Source: Saprospiraceae bacterium (GTDB taxonomy: Bacteria; Bacteroidota; Bacteroidia; Chitinophagales; Saprospiraceae). From it: a stretch of DNA of 64,000 bases. Both the position numbers and the translations under genes were made by a program. The DNA lies in the NCBI GenBank assembly GCA_020436785.1, contig JAGQXC010000396.1, forward strand, positions 9,752 through 73,751. Direction: 5' to 3'. Below are positions 28,127-37,558 of this stretch, piece by piece; position 1 is the first letter of the stretch, and each line of letters starts with the position of its first letter. The notes below the pieces were generated by a model. It saw only the letters and a program-made list of their open reading frames with translations. It was not told the DNA's origin and did not search any database.

Positions 28127-29398
28127 CTAATCAGTTAAAAGCAGTTCCAACCGGATCCCCCGGGAACCTTTGATCAAAATATTGGAAGCTCGGGGCAATT
28201 CGCTCTCCCAGTCAATTTGCTGCATTTTTTCAACGCTTTCGAACCGGTCTGGGCCGGGCTGCAGTCGACAGAATACCGGTCCTATCAGAAATACCCTCTC
28301 CCACTGATAGCGATTGACCAAATCCAATATGGACCGATGTTCAACCTCAGTGCCTGTGCCTAACTCCAACATATCTCCCAGTATCAACACCTTGTTGGGT
28401 TGGTCCCGCAAACTAAAGTGAGTGATGGCAGCCGCCATACTGGTCGGATTGGCATTGTACGCATCCAAAAATAGGTGGTGTCCTTTCCACTCAAGTTCCT
28501 GCGATCGTTGGTTGGAGGGCCGGTAACTCTGAATGGCTTGAGCGATATTGTCCCACTTCACTCCAAAATGGTGACCGACCGAAGCAGCCGCTATGATGTT
28601 AGCTCCATTATACCGGCCATATAACTGACTTGCCAAATGAATTTCCCCATCCTCAAATCCAACGTTGACGTAAGGGTCATCTTCCATGATTCTGAACTGC
28701 AGATCGGCATCCGGTGATTGCCCGTACCGCAGCGCGTTTCCGTAGGGATATTGGGCCAACCGGGGATCGTCCTGATTGATAAAAATCATTCCCTGTCGTT
28801 GCCGCACCTCATCGAACAGAGACCATTTTTCTATACGTACACCATCGATGGAGCCTAACTTTTCCAGATGAGCTTTTCCAATATTGGTAATCAATCCATA
28901 ATCCGGTTCCACCATCCGACTCAGAAAGGCAATCTCACCGGGTTGATTGGTTCCCATCTCAATCACCGCGAATTCGGCGGACAATGGCATGGCAAGCAGG
29001 GTCAGCGGAACGCCAATATGGTTATTTAGATTACCCTGGGTAGAATGTACTTGGAATTTCATGCCTAAAACCCTGACCGTTAACTCTTTGGTTGTGGTCT
29101 TTCCATTGGAGCCTGTAATTCCCAGCACGGGAATGGAGAATTGTTGGCGATGATAAGTAGCCAGTTTCTGCAAAGCATCCAATACATCAGGCACCACTAC
29201 CTGCAGCCCAGGGACTGAAAGCTGGCGGTTAACAACCACCGCCGAAGCGCCCTTTTCCAGTGCCAGCCCGGCATAGGCATGGCCATCAAAATTTTCTCCT
29301 GTCAATGCAAAAAACAGCATTCCCGGCTGAATTGACCGGGTATCTGTACTCACGCCGGTAGAGCGTAAAAAAATATCATATAAACGTTGGGTGTCCAT
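28127..29398 (-). CDS. murF: UDP-N-acetylmuramoyl-tripeptide--D-alanyl-D-alanine ligase
   Basis: 423-aa ORF. P-loop GITGSNGKTTTKE and Mur ligase middle and C-terminal domains (DAYNANP). Confidence 0.92.
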   Translation of the reverse strand: MDTQRLYDIFLRSTGVSTDTRSIQPGMLFFALTGENFDGHAYAGLALEKGASAVVVNRQLSVPGLQVVVPDVLDALQKLATYHRQQFSIPVLGITGSNGKTTTKELTVRVLGMKFQVHSTQGNLNNHIGVPLTLLAMPLSAEFAVIEMGTNQPGEIAFLSRMVEPDYGLITNIGKAHLEKLGSIDGVRIEKWSLFDEVRQRQGMIFINQDDPRLAQYPYGNALRYGQSPDADLQFRIMEDDPYVNVGFEDGEIHLASQLYGRYNGANIIAAASVGHHFGVKWDNIAQAIQSYRPSNQRSQELEWKGHHLFLDAYNANPTSMAAAITHFSLRDQPNKVLILGDMLELGTGTEVEHRSILDLVNRYQWERVFLIGPVFCRLQPGPDRFESVEKMQQIDWESELPRASNILIKGSRGIRLELLLTD

Positions 29399-29481
29399 CC
29401 TTCCGATCGATTACTATCCAGCCCAAAATAAAAAATCCCCACATCACAGGATGCAGGGATTTTGATTCCTTATTGATCGAA

Positions 29482-30981
29482 TTAATATCTTCTTTTCACT
29501 TTGGACTTTTTCGTAGCTCCAAAGTCAACAATTGTATTGTCATTATTTCCAGCCTGATTACCAACCCGATCCATAGCACAGCGGAAGCCAATGGTCCGGT
29601 CAGCCTGATCTTGTTGTTTGAAACGACGGGCACCCGGCGAGAGCCAATAGGCACGGTCTGCCCATGATCCACCTTTATACACCCGCGACTCATCGTTAAT
29701 CAGACTGTGAACTCCGAATTCGTAATAGATGAATTCATCATCGTCGTCTTCATAATTCTTGGCATCGGCAACCCGGTAATTATCGCGATCTGCAGTACTG
29801 GCACTGTCTTCCATCTCGTAAACCAGGTATCCCATGCTATCTTTCGGTACCAGATTACCGTTTTCATCCAACTTCAGCCTTTTGAACTCATTACCACGGA
29901 ATGGGTTCAGATCCTGGTTTTCTTCATCACGCAGCGTCAGGCTGGTGGTCGGGCGATACACGTCCTCCACCCATTCGTTGACGTTACCGGCCATGTTATA
30001 GAGTCCGAAATCATTCGGCAGGTAAGAGCGTACTTCTGCAGGAATGCTGGCATGGTCATTCAGTTTTCCAGCCATACCCATGTAGTCACCGCGTCCCCGC
30101 TTAAAGTTCGCCATCATCATACCCTGATACTTATTATGCTTCTTGTAACGAACGGACGAACCATCCCACGGATACAAGCGACGGTCGGTGATGACTTCGT
30201 CATTCGGCAGTTTTTTACCTTCAAGGGCCAAGGCGGCATATTCCCACTCGGCTTCTGTCGGAAGTCGGTATGAGGGCAACATGATTCCATCCTCATAACG
30301 AACAGGACGCTCGCCACCCGTTGAAACATCTTTCAGGTTTTTGTTGACATCTCCCTGGTATTGCCCGGCCAGGTAAGCTTTGGTATCGAAGCTTTCCGAG
30401 CCTTTTTGATCCGGGCTGGGATTCAGGATGCCCTTTTCGATCAGCAACATCTCGTTAACCCGGTTGGTCCGCCATTTGCAATAATCGGCGGCTTGTTCCC
30501 AGGAAACCCCAACGACGGGATAGTTATCATAAGCCGGATGCCGGAAATAGTTGTAAAGCAACGGCTCATTATATGCCAGTTCTTCACGCCAAACAAGGGT
30601 ATCCGGTAAGGCTTTTTTTGCCACTTCCGGAGAGTTTTCACCATAGACCCTTTTCAACCAGAATATATATTCCCGGTAATCAATATTGGCTACTTCCGTC
30701 TCATCCATATAAAAAGATGAAACAGTTACCCGGCGGGGTACGTTATCCCACTCATAATTGACATCTTCTTCGGTAAGTCCCATGACAAACGTGCCTCCTT
30801 CAATGGGTACCAGATTGGGACCAGTGATCTGGCCTTCATAATCCAGTTTTTCAAAGCCACCGTATTTCTGGTCGTTGTACTTCCAGCCGGTTGTGGCAGA
30901 GCGGGTTGTTGACCGCTTACAGGAGACCGCAGCTAAAGAGAATGCTATCAAAGCAAACAAAACAATCCTTCTTGTCATCAT
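29482..30981 (-). CDS. gldJ: Gliding motility lipoprotein GldJ (FGE/SUMF1-like fold)
   Basis: 499-aa ORF. Lipobox LAAVSC. FGE-family segments (YPVVGVSWEQAADYC, GNVNEWVED, GFRCAM). Sits upstream of murF and next to porU/porV, as is known for gldJ. Confidence 0.8.
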   Translation of the reverse strand: MMTRRIVLFALIAFSLAAVSCKRSTTRSATTGWKYNDQKYGGFEKLDYEGQITGPNLVPIEGGTFVMGLTEEDVNYEWDNVPRRVTVSSFYMDETEVANIDYREYIFWLKRVYGENSPEVAKKALPDTLVWREELAYNEPLLYNYFRHPAYDNYPVVGVSWEQAADYCKWRTNRVNEMLLIEKGILNPSPDQKGSESFDTKAYLAGQYQGDVNKNLKDVSTGGERPVRYEDGIMLPSYRLPTEAEWEYAALALEGKKLPNDEVITDRRLYPWDGSSVRYKKHNKYQGMMMANFKRGRGDYMGMAGKLNDHASIPAEVRSYLPNDFGLYNMAGNVNEWVEDVYRPTTSLTLRDEENQDLNPFRGNEFKRLKLDENGNLVPKDSMGYLVYEMEDSASTADRDNYRVADAKNYEDDDDEFIYYEFGVHSLINDESRVYKGGSWADRAYWLSPGARRFKQQDQADRTIGFRCAMDRVGNQAGNNDNTIVDFGATKKSKVKRRY

Positions 30982-31053
30982 CTACGATTTTTCGAATAAT
31001 TCAACTATCTAACGACAAATATTCAAATATCGTGCCTAAATCAAATACTAAAT

Positions 31054-32067
31054 TCAGCGAAACATTTGAAAACAGTCTATGTATTTCGATTCCTCCGGGT
31101 AGAGCTTGTCCAAATTGATCATCAATCCAATTTCATGCGTGCCACCGGTTCCTACCCCCAGTTTAGAAATGGTCAAATCATAGCTATAAGCCAGTTTTAA
31201 TATGCCCGTCCGCATACCCACCGAAACGATGGCGGCATCCGGATTTTGACTGGTAATCCGAATCCAGGTTCCCAGGAAAAATGGATCAAATCCAAAAAAA
31301 GTTCCGCCTAACAGCTGATTGAACGGGCCCTGTTTGGAAACCATAATCTGAGGTGAAATAAAAACCCGGTCCATCCAGCCTGCCTGATGAAACAGACCGA
31401 ATTCTCCGCCGGCATGGGCACTGATTCTAATGGGGAGACCATCGGCAAAGTTTTCGTATCCACTAATCAGCGATTGGGAAGGCCGGTTTATGTGCTCCAC
31501 ACTAATTCCGCCATACCATTGCGCGTTGAATACCAACAAGCCAAATCCAACGTCGAGGTACTGATTGCGAATATCGGCCGGTACTGTCTCATCCGTGGGC
31601 CAGGGACTGCCTCCTGGAGACACGGGTCCGGTAACGGGGTCAATTTGATCGGGAAATATGAACTTGTCCCAATTGTAAGCGCTCTGCACAAAAGCTGCCT
31701 CCACTCCGAATTTGGCAAAAAGCTCCCGGGTAATTTGCAAACGGTAGCTGTAAAAACCTGAAATTTTGGTGGTACGAATCAAGCCATTACCAGCGTCATC
31801 AGATAACAAACTCGCACCTAATCCGCTGTTGATGGATTTAAAGAATTGATCATAGCTGGCAGAATAGGTGCGGTAGGCGCGATCCAGGGAGGGCCATTGG
31901 TTGCGGTAATTCATGGAGAATTTGGGAGCATGCGTATTCCCTGCAAAGGCGGGATTTAGTTGAAGAGGCGCCATATAAAACTGGCTGTACACCGGATCCT
32001 GTGCGGCCGCATCCAAACACCAGATCAATAATCCGGCTAGTCCGATCCATCGTACAACTTGGTTCAA
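31054..32067 (-). CDS. PorP/SprF family type IX secretion system membrane protein
   Basis: 337-aa ORF. Signal peptide followed by the family-typical QDPVYSQFYMAPLQLNPAFAG. Beta-barrel-like pattern to the C-terminus. Confidence 0.85.
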   Translation of the reverse strand: MNQVVRWIGLAGLLIWCLDAAAQDPVYSQFYMAPLQLNPAFAGNTHAPKFSMNYRNQWPSLDRAYRTYSASYDQFFKSINSGLGASLLSDDAGNGLIRTTKISGFYSYRLQITRELFAKFGVEAAFVQSAYNWDKFIFPDQIDPVTGPVSPGGSPWPTDETVPADIRNQYLDVGFGLLVFNAQWYGGISVEHINRPSQSLISGYENFADGLPIRISAHAGGEFGLFHQAGWMDRVFISPQIMVSKQGPFNQLLGGTFFGFDPFFLGTWIRITSQNPDAAIVSVGMRTGILKLAYSYDLTISKLGVGTGGTHEIGLMINLDKLYPEESKYIDCFQMFR

Positions 32068-32192
32068 ATTCCGGTAAAATAGGTTTTAGTTGATGTTAAT
32101 GTCCGTAATTTTACATTGGTATTCGTCCGGGTATGTAACGTATCCACTGTATCTTTCGTTTGAATGAAGAGCATCTTAAATTTTTTTTGACA

Positions 32193-35100
32193 ATGAATCT
32201 GCGCCGGATCTTCTTGTTACCCGTTCTCGCAAGCTCCATTTGCTGGTATCCTGTACAAAAAGCCCACCAAAATACGGCCAATTTTAACCTCAACGGCCCA
32301 TTAGACGACTTTGTTGCCAAATCTGTGCTGGCCACCGGGGAATGGTACCAGCTTTCACTATCACACAACGGCTTGTATAAACTTGATTACAATTTTTTTA
32401 AATCGGAATTAAAACTGAACATTGACCAAATCAATCCACAACAACTCAAGTTTTTTGGACATCGGGGTGGCCCTCTCCCTACCTCCATCTTCGGAGACCG
32501 TCAGGATGACCTGGCTCAAATTGCTGTCTGGATCCAGGGCGAGAGTGACAATTCTTTCGATCCTCAGGATTACGTCCTGATCTATGCGGAAGGTCCATCC
32601 ACGTGGGCTTTTAATGAGAATGATGGCATCGATCGGTTTACCATGAACCCCTTCAGTTCATCAAGCTTCATCTATCTGCGGGTGGACGGCGAACCGGGGT
32701 TGCGTATTGCACAACAACCAGCAACCACCTCAGGCACAGTGACGGATGTTTTTGACGAACACGTCCACTTTGAGGAAGATAAAGTCAATTTACTGTCCCG
32801 GTATGGGCCAACGATTGGGTCCGGACAACAATGGTTTGGAGACAACCTGAGTAATACCCGAACCAAAGACTATTCATCCTGGTTCAAACTGCCAAACCGT
32901 GTCACCGGCTCCCCGATTCGTCTGATTTCAAATTTTGCAGGAAGAGCGGAAATTCCGACCGCTTATTATGTTCGCATCAACAATGATTCGCTGGCAGGCA
33001 ATATTGCCTGGACGGATGTAGGGGATGTTGAATCCACCTATGCCCGGCAACGGTTAATCGATCAGACACTCATCCCGGAGGGCAAGGATTTAAAGGTAAC
33101 CGTCTCCTACCCCACCTTGAACGGGGCCAACTCGGAAGGCTGGCTGGATTACCTTGAAATCCATACTACAAGCCATCTGTCCTATCCCGATAGTGCCTTT
33201 ACTTTCCGGTGGTATTCGTCGACAGCAAGCCCGTTCACCACTTATCGCATCCAGTCCGCTAAGGCTTTGACCGTTTGGAATATCTCCAACCCGATTCAGC
33301 CGGGTCAGCTGCCTGCAACATTTGAAAATGGGCAGGTATTGGTCAATGACCAAAGCTCAACCCTGCAACAATATCTTGTCTTTGATCCGGACGACGTACA
33401 ACAAAAGCCCAGAGCACTCGGCGCAATCCCCAATCAGGATTTACACGGCATCCAGGGTACGGATATGGTTATCCTTTACCATCCGGACTTTGAAGAAGCG
33501 GCTCAACGATTGGCAAATCACCGTCGAAGTTTCAGCAAGCTTCGTGTTGAGGCCATCAATATCACCCGACTCTACCATGAATTTTCGGCAGGCAAGACCG
33601 ACCCGACGGCCATCCGGGATTTCGCACGAATGCTCCACGAACGAGATTCCCGATTTCGTTATTTGTTATTGTTTGGTGATGCTTCCTATGATTACCGGCA
33701 CCTTGACACCAATCAACCGGATCAAAATTTCATACCCACCTACGAGACCACCGGTTCGCTGGAACCAATATTTGCCTACCCGACCGACGACTATTTCGGC
33801 TTGCTGGACGACAGCGATGACCGGTATGCCAATCCTCTGCGGGGTAAACTGGACATTGCTATTGGCCGTTTACCCGTGAATTCACCCACGATGGCCGATC
33901 AAGTCGTTGACAAAATCATTGGCTATGACACCAATTCCAATACCTTCGGAGATTGGAAGCTACGGATAGGCATGGTCGCAGACGACGAGCAGGATGGTGC
34001 CTTCGTTATTCAGAATGAAGGTTTAGCCAAGGAAAAGTTGAGCAACCTCTCCCTGTTTAATCTGGAGAAGATTTATTTTGATGCATTTGTTCAGGAAATC
34101 ACTCCTTCCAGTGAACGTTACCCAACGGTGAAAACCGCGCTGAGCAATGATCTTTTCAAGGGACTCCTCGTGATCAATTATCTGGGCCATGGCGGTCCCG
34201 GAGGATGGGCGGACGAACGTGTTCTGGAGATCAATGACATCAATTCATTACGCAATAAAGAACGACTTCCATTATTTGTAACTGCAACTTGTTCATTTAC
34301 TGCGTACGATGATCCTTCAAATACGTCTGGTGGAGAATTATGTCTGACCAATCCTAATGGTGGCGGGATCGGCTTGTTTACCACCGTCCGTTCCGTGTAC
34401 CTAAGTTCAAATTATCAACTGACGCTGGCTGTATTTGAGGAAATGTTCAAAAGAGACAGTACCGGATACCGTACCATTGGCGAAATCCTGATGCGCGCAA
34501 AAGCAACCCAGGGAGCCAGCGATGAGAATGCCCGCAAATTCACCCTGATCGGCGACCCCGCCCTGAAATTGGCCATTCCGCCGTATCAGGTGGTTACTGA
34601 ATCCATCAATACGGTACCGATCTCTGAACTGACGGATACATTGCGTGCGCTCCAACGCGTCAGTATTTCCGGAGAAATATGGTCACCGGCTGGCCTTCTG
34701 GCCAACGATTTTAATGGTGATGTCTATGTCACGATCTATGATAAACCCTCAAAAGTGAGTACCCTTCAACAGAATTCGGCGAGTCCCCGCATTGAATTTG
34801 ACATCCAGAAAAACATACTTTACAAAGGCAAGGCTCCGGTTGATCAGGGTAAGTTTAACCTCGAATTCATTGTTCCTAAGGACATTAATTACACCTACGG
34901 ACCCGGTAAAATCAGTTATTACGCTGAAGCAGATCAACGCGATGCCTGGGGAGTGTATGAAAACATCGTGATCGGCGGTACCAGTCCTGTGAGCGAAGCG
35001 GATAATGAAGGTCCGATCATAGGCCTTTATATGAACAATACCTTGTTTAAAAATAATGGCATTACTGACGAGCATCCGATCTTGTTGGTCGAACTTGAGG

Positions 35101-35675
35101 ATTCCAGTGGGATCAATGTTTCCGGAAATAGTATTGGCCATGACCTGGAAGCGATCCTGGATGAAGATACCCGGAACCGGGTAAATCTGAATACCTTTTA
35201 CGAAGCCTCTCCGGACCGGTTTAATGCAGGAACGGTACGGTATCCTTATGCGGATCTGGCACCAGGTCCGCACCAGATCCGGGTTAAAGCATGGGATATT
35301 TATAACAACAACAGCGAGGCAACCATTGATTTTGTGGTGGTGGCCAGTTCAGAGCTCCGCATAGCGTCGGTGTCGGCCTATCCAAATCCGGCACAGGATG
35401 AAATCCATTTTGTGGTAGGCCACAACGGCGGATCAGGGGCGCTTTCCGCAGAGATATACCTTTACAACACCCTCGGACAGAAACTGGCGGTCCTGCAGGG
35501 ATCGGTTTCTGATCCGGGATATCAGACAGAGGTTGTGGTATGGGGAAACCTTTCCGAGGCTTTCCCTCCCTTGTCCAGTGGCGTGTATTTCTATGAAGTG
35601 GTACTGAAACAAGCAAGCGGTGGAATGAATAAGATCGCGAAAAGCGATTTGCAAAAGTTGGTCATTACACGTTAA
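32193..35675 (+). CDS. porU: Type IX secretion system sortase PorU (C25 peptidase family)
   Basis: About 1160 aa from ATG 32193 (MNLRRIFLLPVLASS); the ORF track starts it at an upstream TTG. N-terminal SVLATGEWYQLSLSHNGLYKLDY. Gingipain-like core. C-terminal AYPNPAQDEIHFVV CTD. Followed directly by porV. Confidence 0.9.
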   Translation: MNLRRIFLLPVLASSICWYPVQKAHQNTANFNLNGPLDDFVAKSVLATGEWYQLSLSHNGLYKLDYNFFKSELKLNIDQINPQQLKFFGHRGGPLPTSIFGDRQDDLAQIAVWIQGESDNSFDPQDYVLIYAEGPSTWAFNENDGIDRFTMNPFSSSSFIYLRVDGEPGLRIAQQPATTSGTVTDVFDEHVHFEEDKVNLLSRYGPTIGSGQQWFGDNLSNTRTKDYSSWFKLPNRVTGSPIRLISNFAGRAEIPTAYYVRINNDSLAGNIAWTDVGDVESTYARQRLIDQTLIPEGKDLKVTVSYPTLNGANSEGWLDYLEIHTTSHLSYPDSAFTFRWYSSTASPFTTYRIQSAKALTVWNISNPIQPGQLPATFENGQVLVNDQSSTLQQYLVFDPDDVQQKPRALGAIPNQDLHGIQGTDMVILYHPDFEEAAQRLANHRRSFSKLRVEAINITRLYHEFSAGKTDPTAIRDFARMLHERDSRFRYLLLFGDASYDYRHLDTNQPDQNFIPTYETTGSLEPIFAYPTDDYFGLLDDSDDRYANPLRGKLDIAIGRLPVNSPTMADQVVDKIIGYDTNSNTFGDWKLRIGMVADDEQDGAFVIQNEGLAKEKLSNLSLFNLEKIYFDAFVQEITPSSERYPTVKTALSNDLFKGLLVINYLGHGGPGGWADERVLEINDINSLRNKERLPLFVTATCSFTAYDDPSNTSGGELCLTNPNGGGIGLFTTVRSVYLSSNYQLTLAVFEEMFKRDSTGYRTIGEILMRAKATQGASDENARKFTLIGDPALKLAIPPYQVVTESINTVPISELTDTLRALQRVSISGEIWSPAGLLANDFNGDVYVTIYDKPSKVSTLQQNSASPRIEFDIQKNILYKGKAPVDQGKFNLEFIVPKDINYTYGPGKISYYAEADQRDAWGVYENIVIGGTSPVSEADNEGPIIGLYMNNTLFKNNGITDEHPILLVELEDSSGINVSGNSIGHDLEAILDEDTRNRVNLNTFYEASPDRFNAGTVRYPYADLAPGPHQIRVKAWDIYNNNSEATIDFVVVASSELRIASVSAYPNPAQDEIHFVVGHNGGSGALSAEIYLYNTLGQKLAVLQGSVSDPGYQTEVVVWGNLSEAFPPLSSGVYFYEVVLKQASGGMNKIAKSDLQKLVITR

Positions 35676-35752
35676 AACAAATCCATTATACAATAAATAA
35701 ACCCTTTACAACCTTAAAGAGTTGGCATGTCCATAGTCTTCTAGGGTATTGC

Positions 35753-35760
35753 TATATTTG
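35753..35760 (+). promoter_or_regulatory. Candidate -7 box (TATATTTG) for porV
   Basis: Exact TAnnTTTG match 25 nt upstream of the ATG at 35786. Confidence 0.35.
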
Positions 35761-35785
35761 CGAAAATTTATTTGAACCAATATTT

Positions 35786-36949
35786 ATGATGAAGCAATTA
35801 CTGTTCGTTTTTCTGGTCTTTGTAACAACTGGAACTCAGGCATATGGCCAGTGCATTCAAAAAGACCCCAGTGATCCAAATTCACCCTGGGTCCTACCGG
35901 ACGGAGTGACTCCTTGTCCCAATGCCATCATTACAGCAGTACCGTTTCTGATGATCACCCCGGATGCACGCTCAGGGGCCATGGGTGATGTAGGCGTTGC
36001 TATTTCACCGGACGCCAATGCCATGGCATTTAATGCCTCAAAACTTGCATTTGTAGAAAAGAACTCCAGCCTTTCAGCCACCTACTCTCCTTGGTTGCGA
36101 GCATTAGGATTGCGCGATGTTTACCTGGCTTATCTCAGTGGGTTCAAGAAAATCAATGAGTTGCAGAGCGTGGGAGCGAGTTTGCGGTTTTTCTCCCTCG
36201 GCGATATTGATTTTACCGACGAAAACGGAGAACCGGCCGGGCAGGGACAGCCAAATGAATTTGAATTTTCAGCGGCTTATGCCCGCAAATTATCGGAGAA
36301 GTTCTCTGCGGGATTAACCATGAAGTTTATTTATTCCAACCTGGCTGCCAACCAGGTCGTGGAAGGCCGCGATATCAAGGCCGGATTGGCTGGTGCGGCG
36401 GACCTCTCCTTCTCCTATATTTCCGAAGTGGACAATGGAACCATCCGGGCAGGACTGGCCCTGCGAAATCTGGGAACAAAAATATCGTACACCCAGGATG
36501 TTAACGACTTTATTCCAGCCAATTTTGGCTTGGGGGTAGCTTATGACATCGACCTGGATGAATACAACTCGTTAACCATCGCTGCGGACATGAATAAACT
36601 TATGGTCCCCACCCCGCCGTATAATGGTTCCACGAACTATAAAAATGAACCGGTAGTCAGTTCATGGTTTAAATCGTTCAGCGATGGCCAAAACTTCAGT
36701 GAGGAATTGCATGAAATCAACTATTCCATTGGGGCCGAATATTGGTATGACAAGCAATTTGCCGTCCGGCTGGGTTATTTCTACGAACATCCAACAAAGG
36801 GTGCCCGTAATTACCTGACCGTAGGTTTGGGTGTTAAATACAATGTATTTGGATTAAACCTGTCTTACCTGGTTCCAACTTCCAACCAGCGTAATCCTTT
36901 GGACAACACATTGCGCTTCGGACTGGTATTTGATTTCGGAGGAGAATAA
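35786..36949 (+). CDS. porV: Type IX secretion system outer-membrane shuttle/channel protein PorV (LptO)
   Basis: 387-aa ORF. Contains AVPFLMITPDARSGAMGDVGVAISPDANAMAFNASKLAF, typical of PorV. Beta-barrel to the end. Adjacent to porU. Confidence 0.9.
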   Translation: MMKQLLFVFLVFVTTGTQAYGQCIQKDPSDPNSPWVLPDGVTPCPNAIITAVPFLMITPDARSGAMGDVGVAISPDANAMAFNASKLAFVEKNSSLSATYSPWLRALGLRDVYLAYLSGFKKINELQSVGASLRFFSLGDIDFTDENGEPAGQGQPNEFEFSAAYARKLSEKFSAGLTMKFIYSNLAANQVVEGRDIKAGLAGAADLSFSYISEVDNGTIRAGLALRNLGTKISYTQDVNDFIPANFGLGVAYDIDLDEYNSLTIAADMNKLMVPTPPYNGSTNYKNEPVVSSWFKSFSDGQNFSEELHEINYSIGAEYWYDKQFAVRLGYFYEHPTKGARNYLTVGLGVKYNVFGLNLSYLVPTSNQRNPLDNTLRFGLVFDFGGE

Positions 36950-36970
36950 TGAATCCACAGAAAATCTAAA

Positions 36971-37008
36971 AAAAGCCCTGTCGGTGACACGTCATCGTCA
37001 GGGCTTTT
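36971..37008. terminator. Bidirectional hairpin terminator between porV (+) and rnpB (-)
   Basis: Long hairpin AAAAGCCCTG...CAGGGCTTTT with additional inner pairs. A-run on the left and T-run on the right. Confidence 0.6.
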
Positions 37009-37017
37009 AAATTTGGT

Positions 37018-37392
37018 AGGTTCAACTGGCCTGTAAGCCGGATTTTGTACGGACAATGGTCCGTCTCTGTCATTTATCTAAGCTGTCTACCCCTCCTGAG
37101 CCGACCGGAGTCGATGCAGGCGAGCAACCCACAGGGACATACCCATCAGGATATACGTGACATTGCAACCCACAAGGTTTATCCGCCCCATCCATTGCTG
37201 GCTGGCGCTGTGCGCTCTTACCGCACATTTTCACCCTTACCGGCAGGAGAACCTGCTTAGGCGGTTATTTTCTGCGACACTCTCTGTACTTCCCCCCACC
37301 CGGGAAGCCCCACCCGTTAGGTGGTGCGGCGCTCTGCGTTGTCCGGACTTTCCTCTCTACACCTTGTAGAGCGACAGAGCGGCCAGTCGTAT
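37018..37392 (-). ncRNA. rnpB: RNase P RNA, bacterial type A (ends approximate)
   Basis: The minus strand carries GAGAGGAAAGTCCGGAC (complement of 37341-37357) and ...ACAAAATCCGGCTTACAGGCCAGT near the 3' end. P1 pairing is ACTGGCC/GGCCAGT. No credible ORF is present. Confidence 0.88.
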
Positions 37393-37558
37393 CAAAAATA
37401 ACACCTTCCTGCCAATCTCGGTTCATCCGCCCCATGGATATGCTCGTCATTGCATTGAATGAAAAAGGATACTTTATGTATTACACAATTAATTAAATTA
37501 TTTAATATTCATTATCAATAATATTATACATTATAGAAATAAATAATAAATTTGTTTA

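Noticed and set aside
37045-37450. Three short ORFs (37045-37260 +, 37157-37369 +, 37265-37450 -).
   Set aside because: They lie inside the RNase P RNA gene, which carries the universally conserved GGAAAGTCCGGAC and CGGCTTACAG elements on the minus strand. The ORFs are artefacts of a GC-rich structured RNA.
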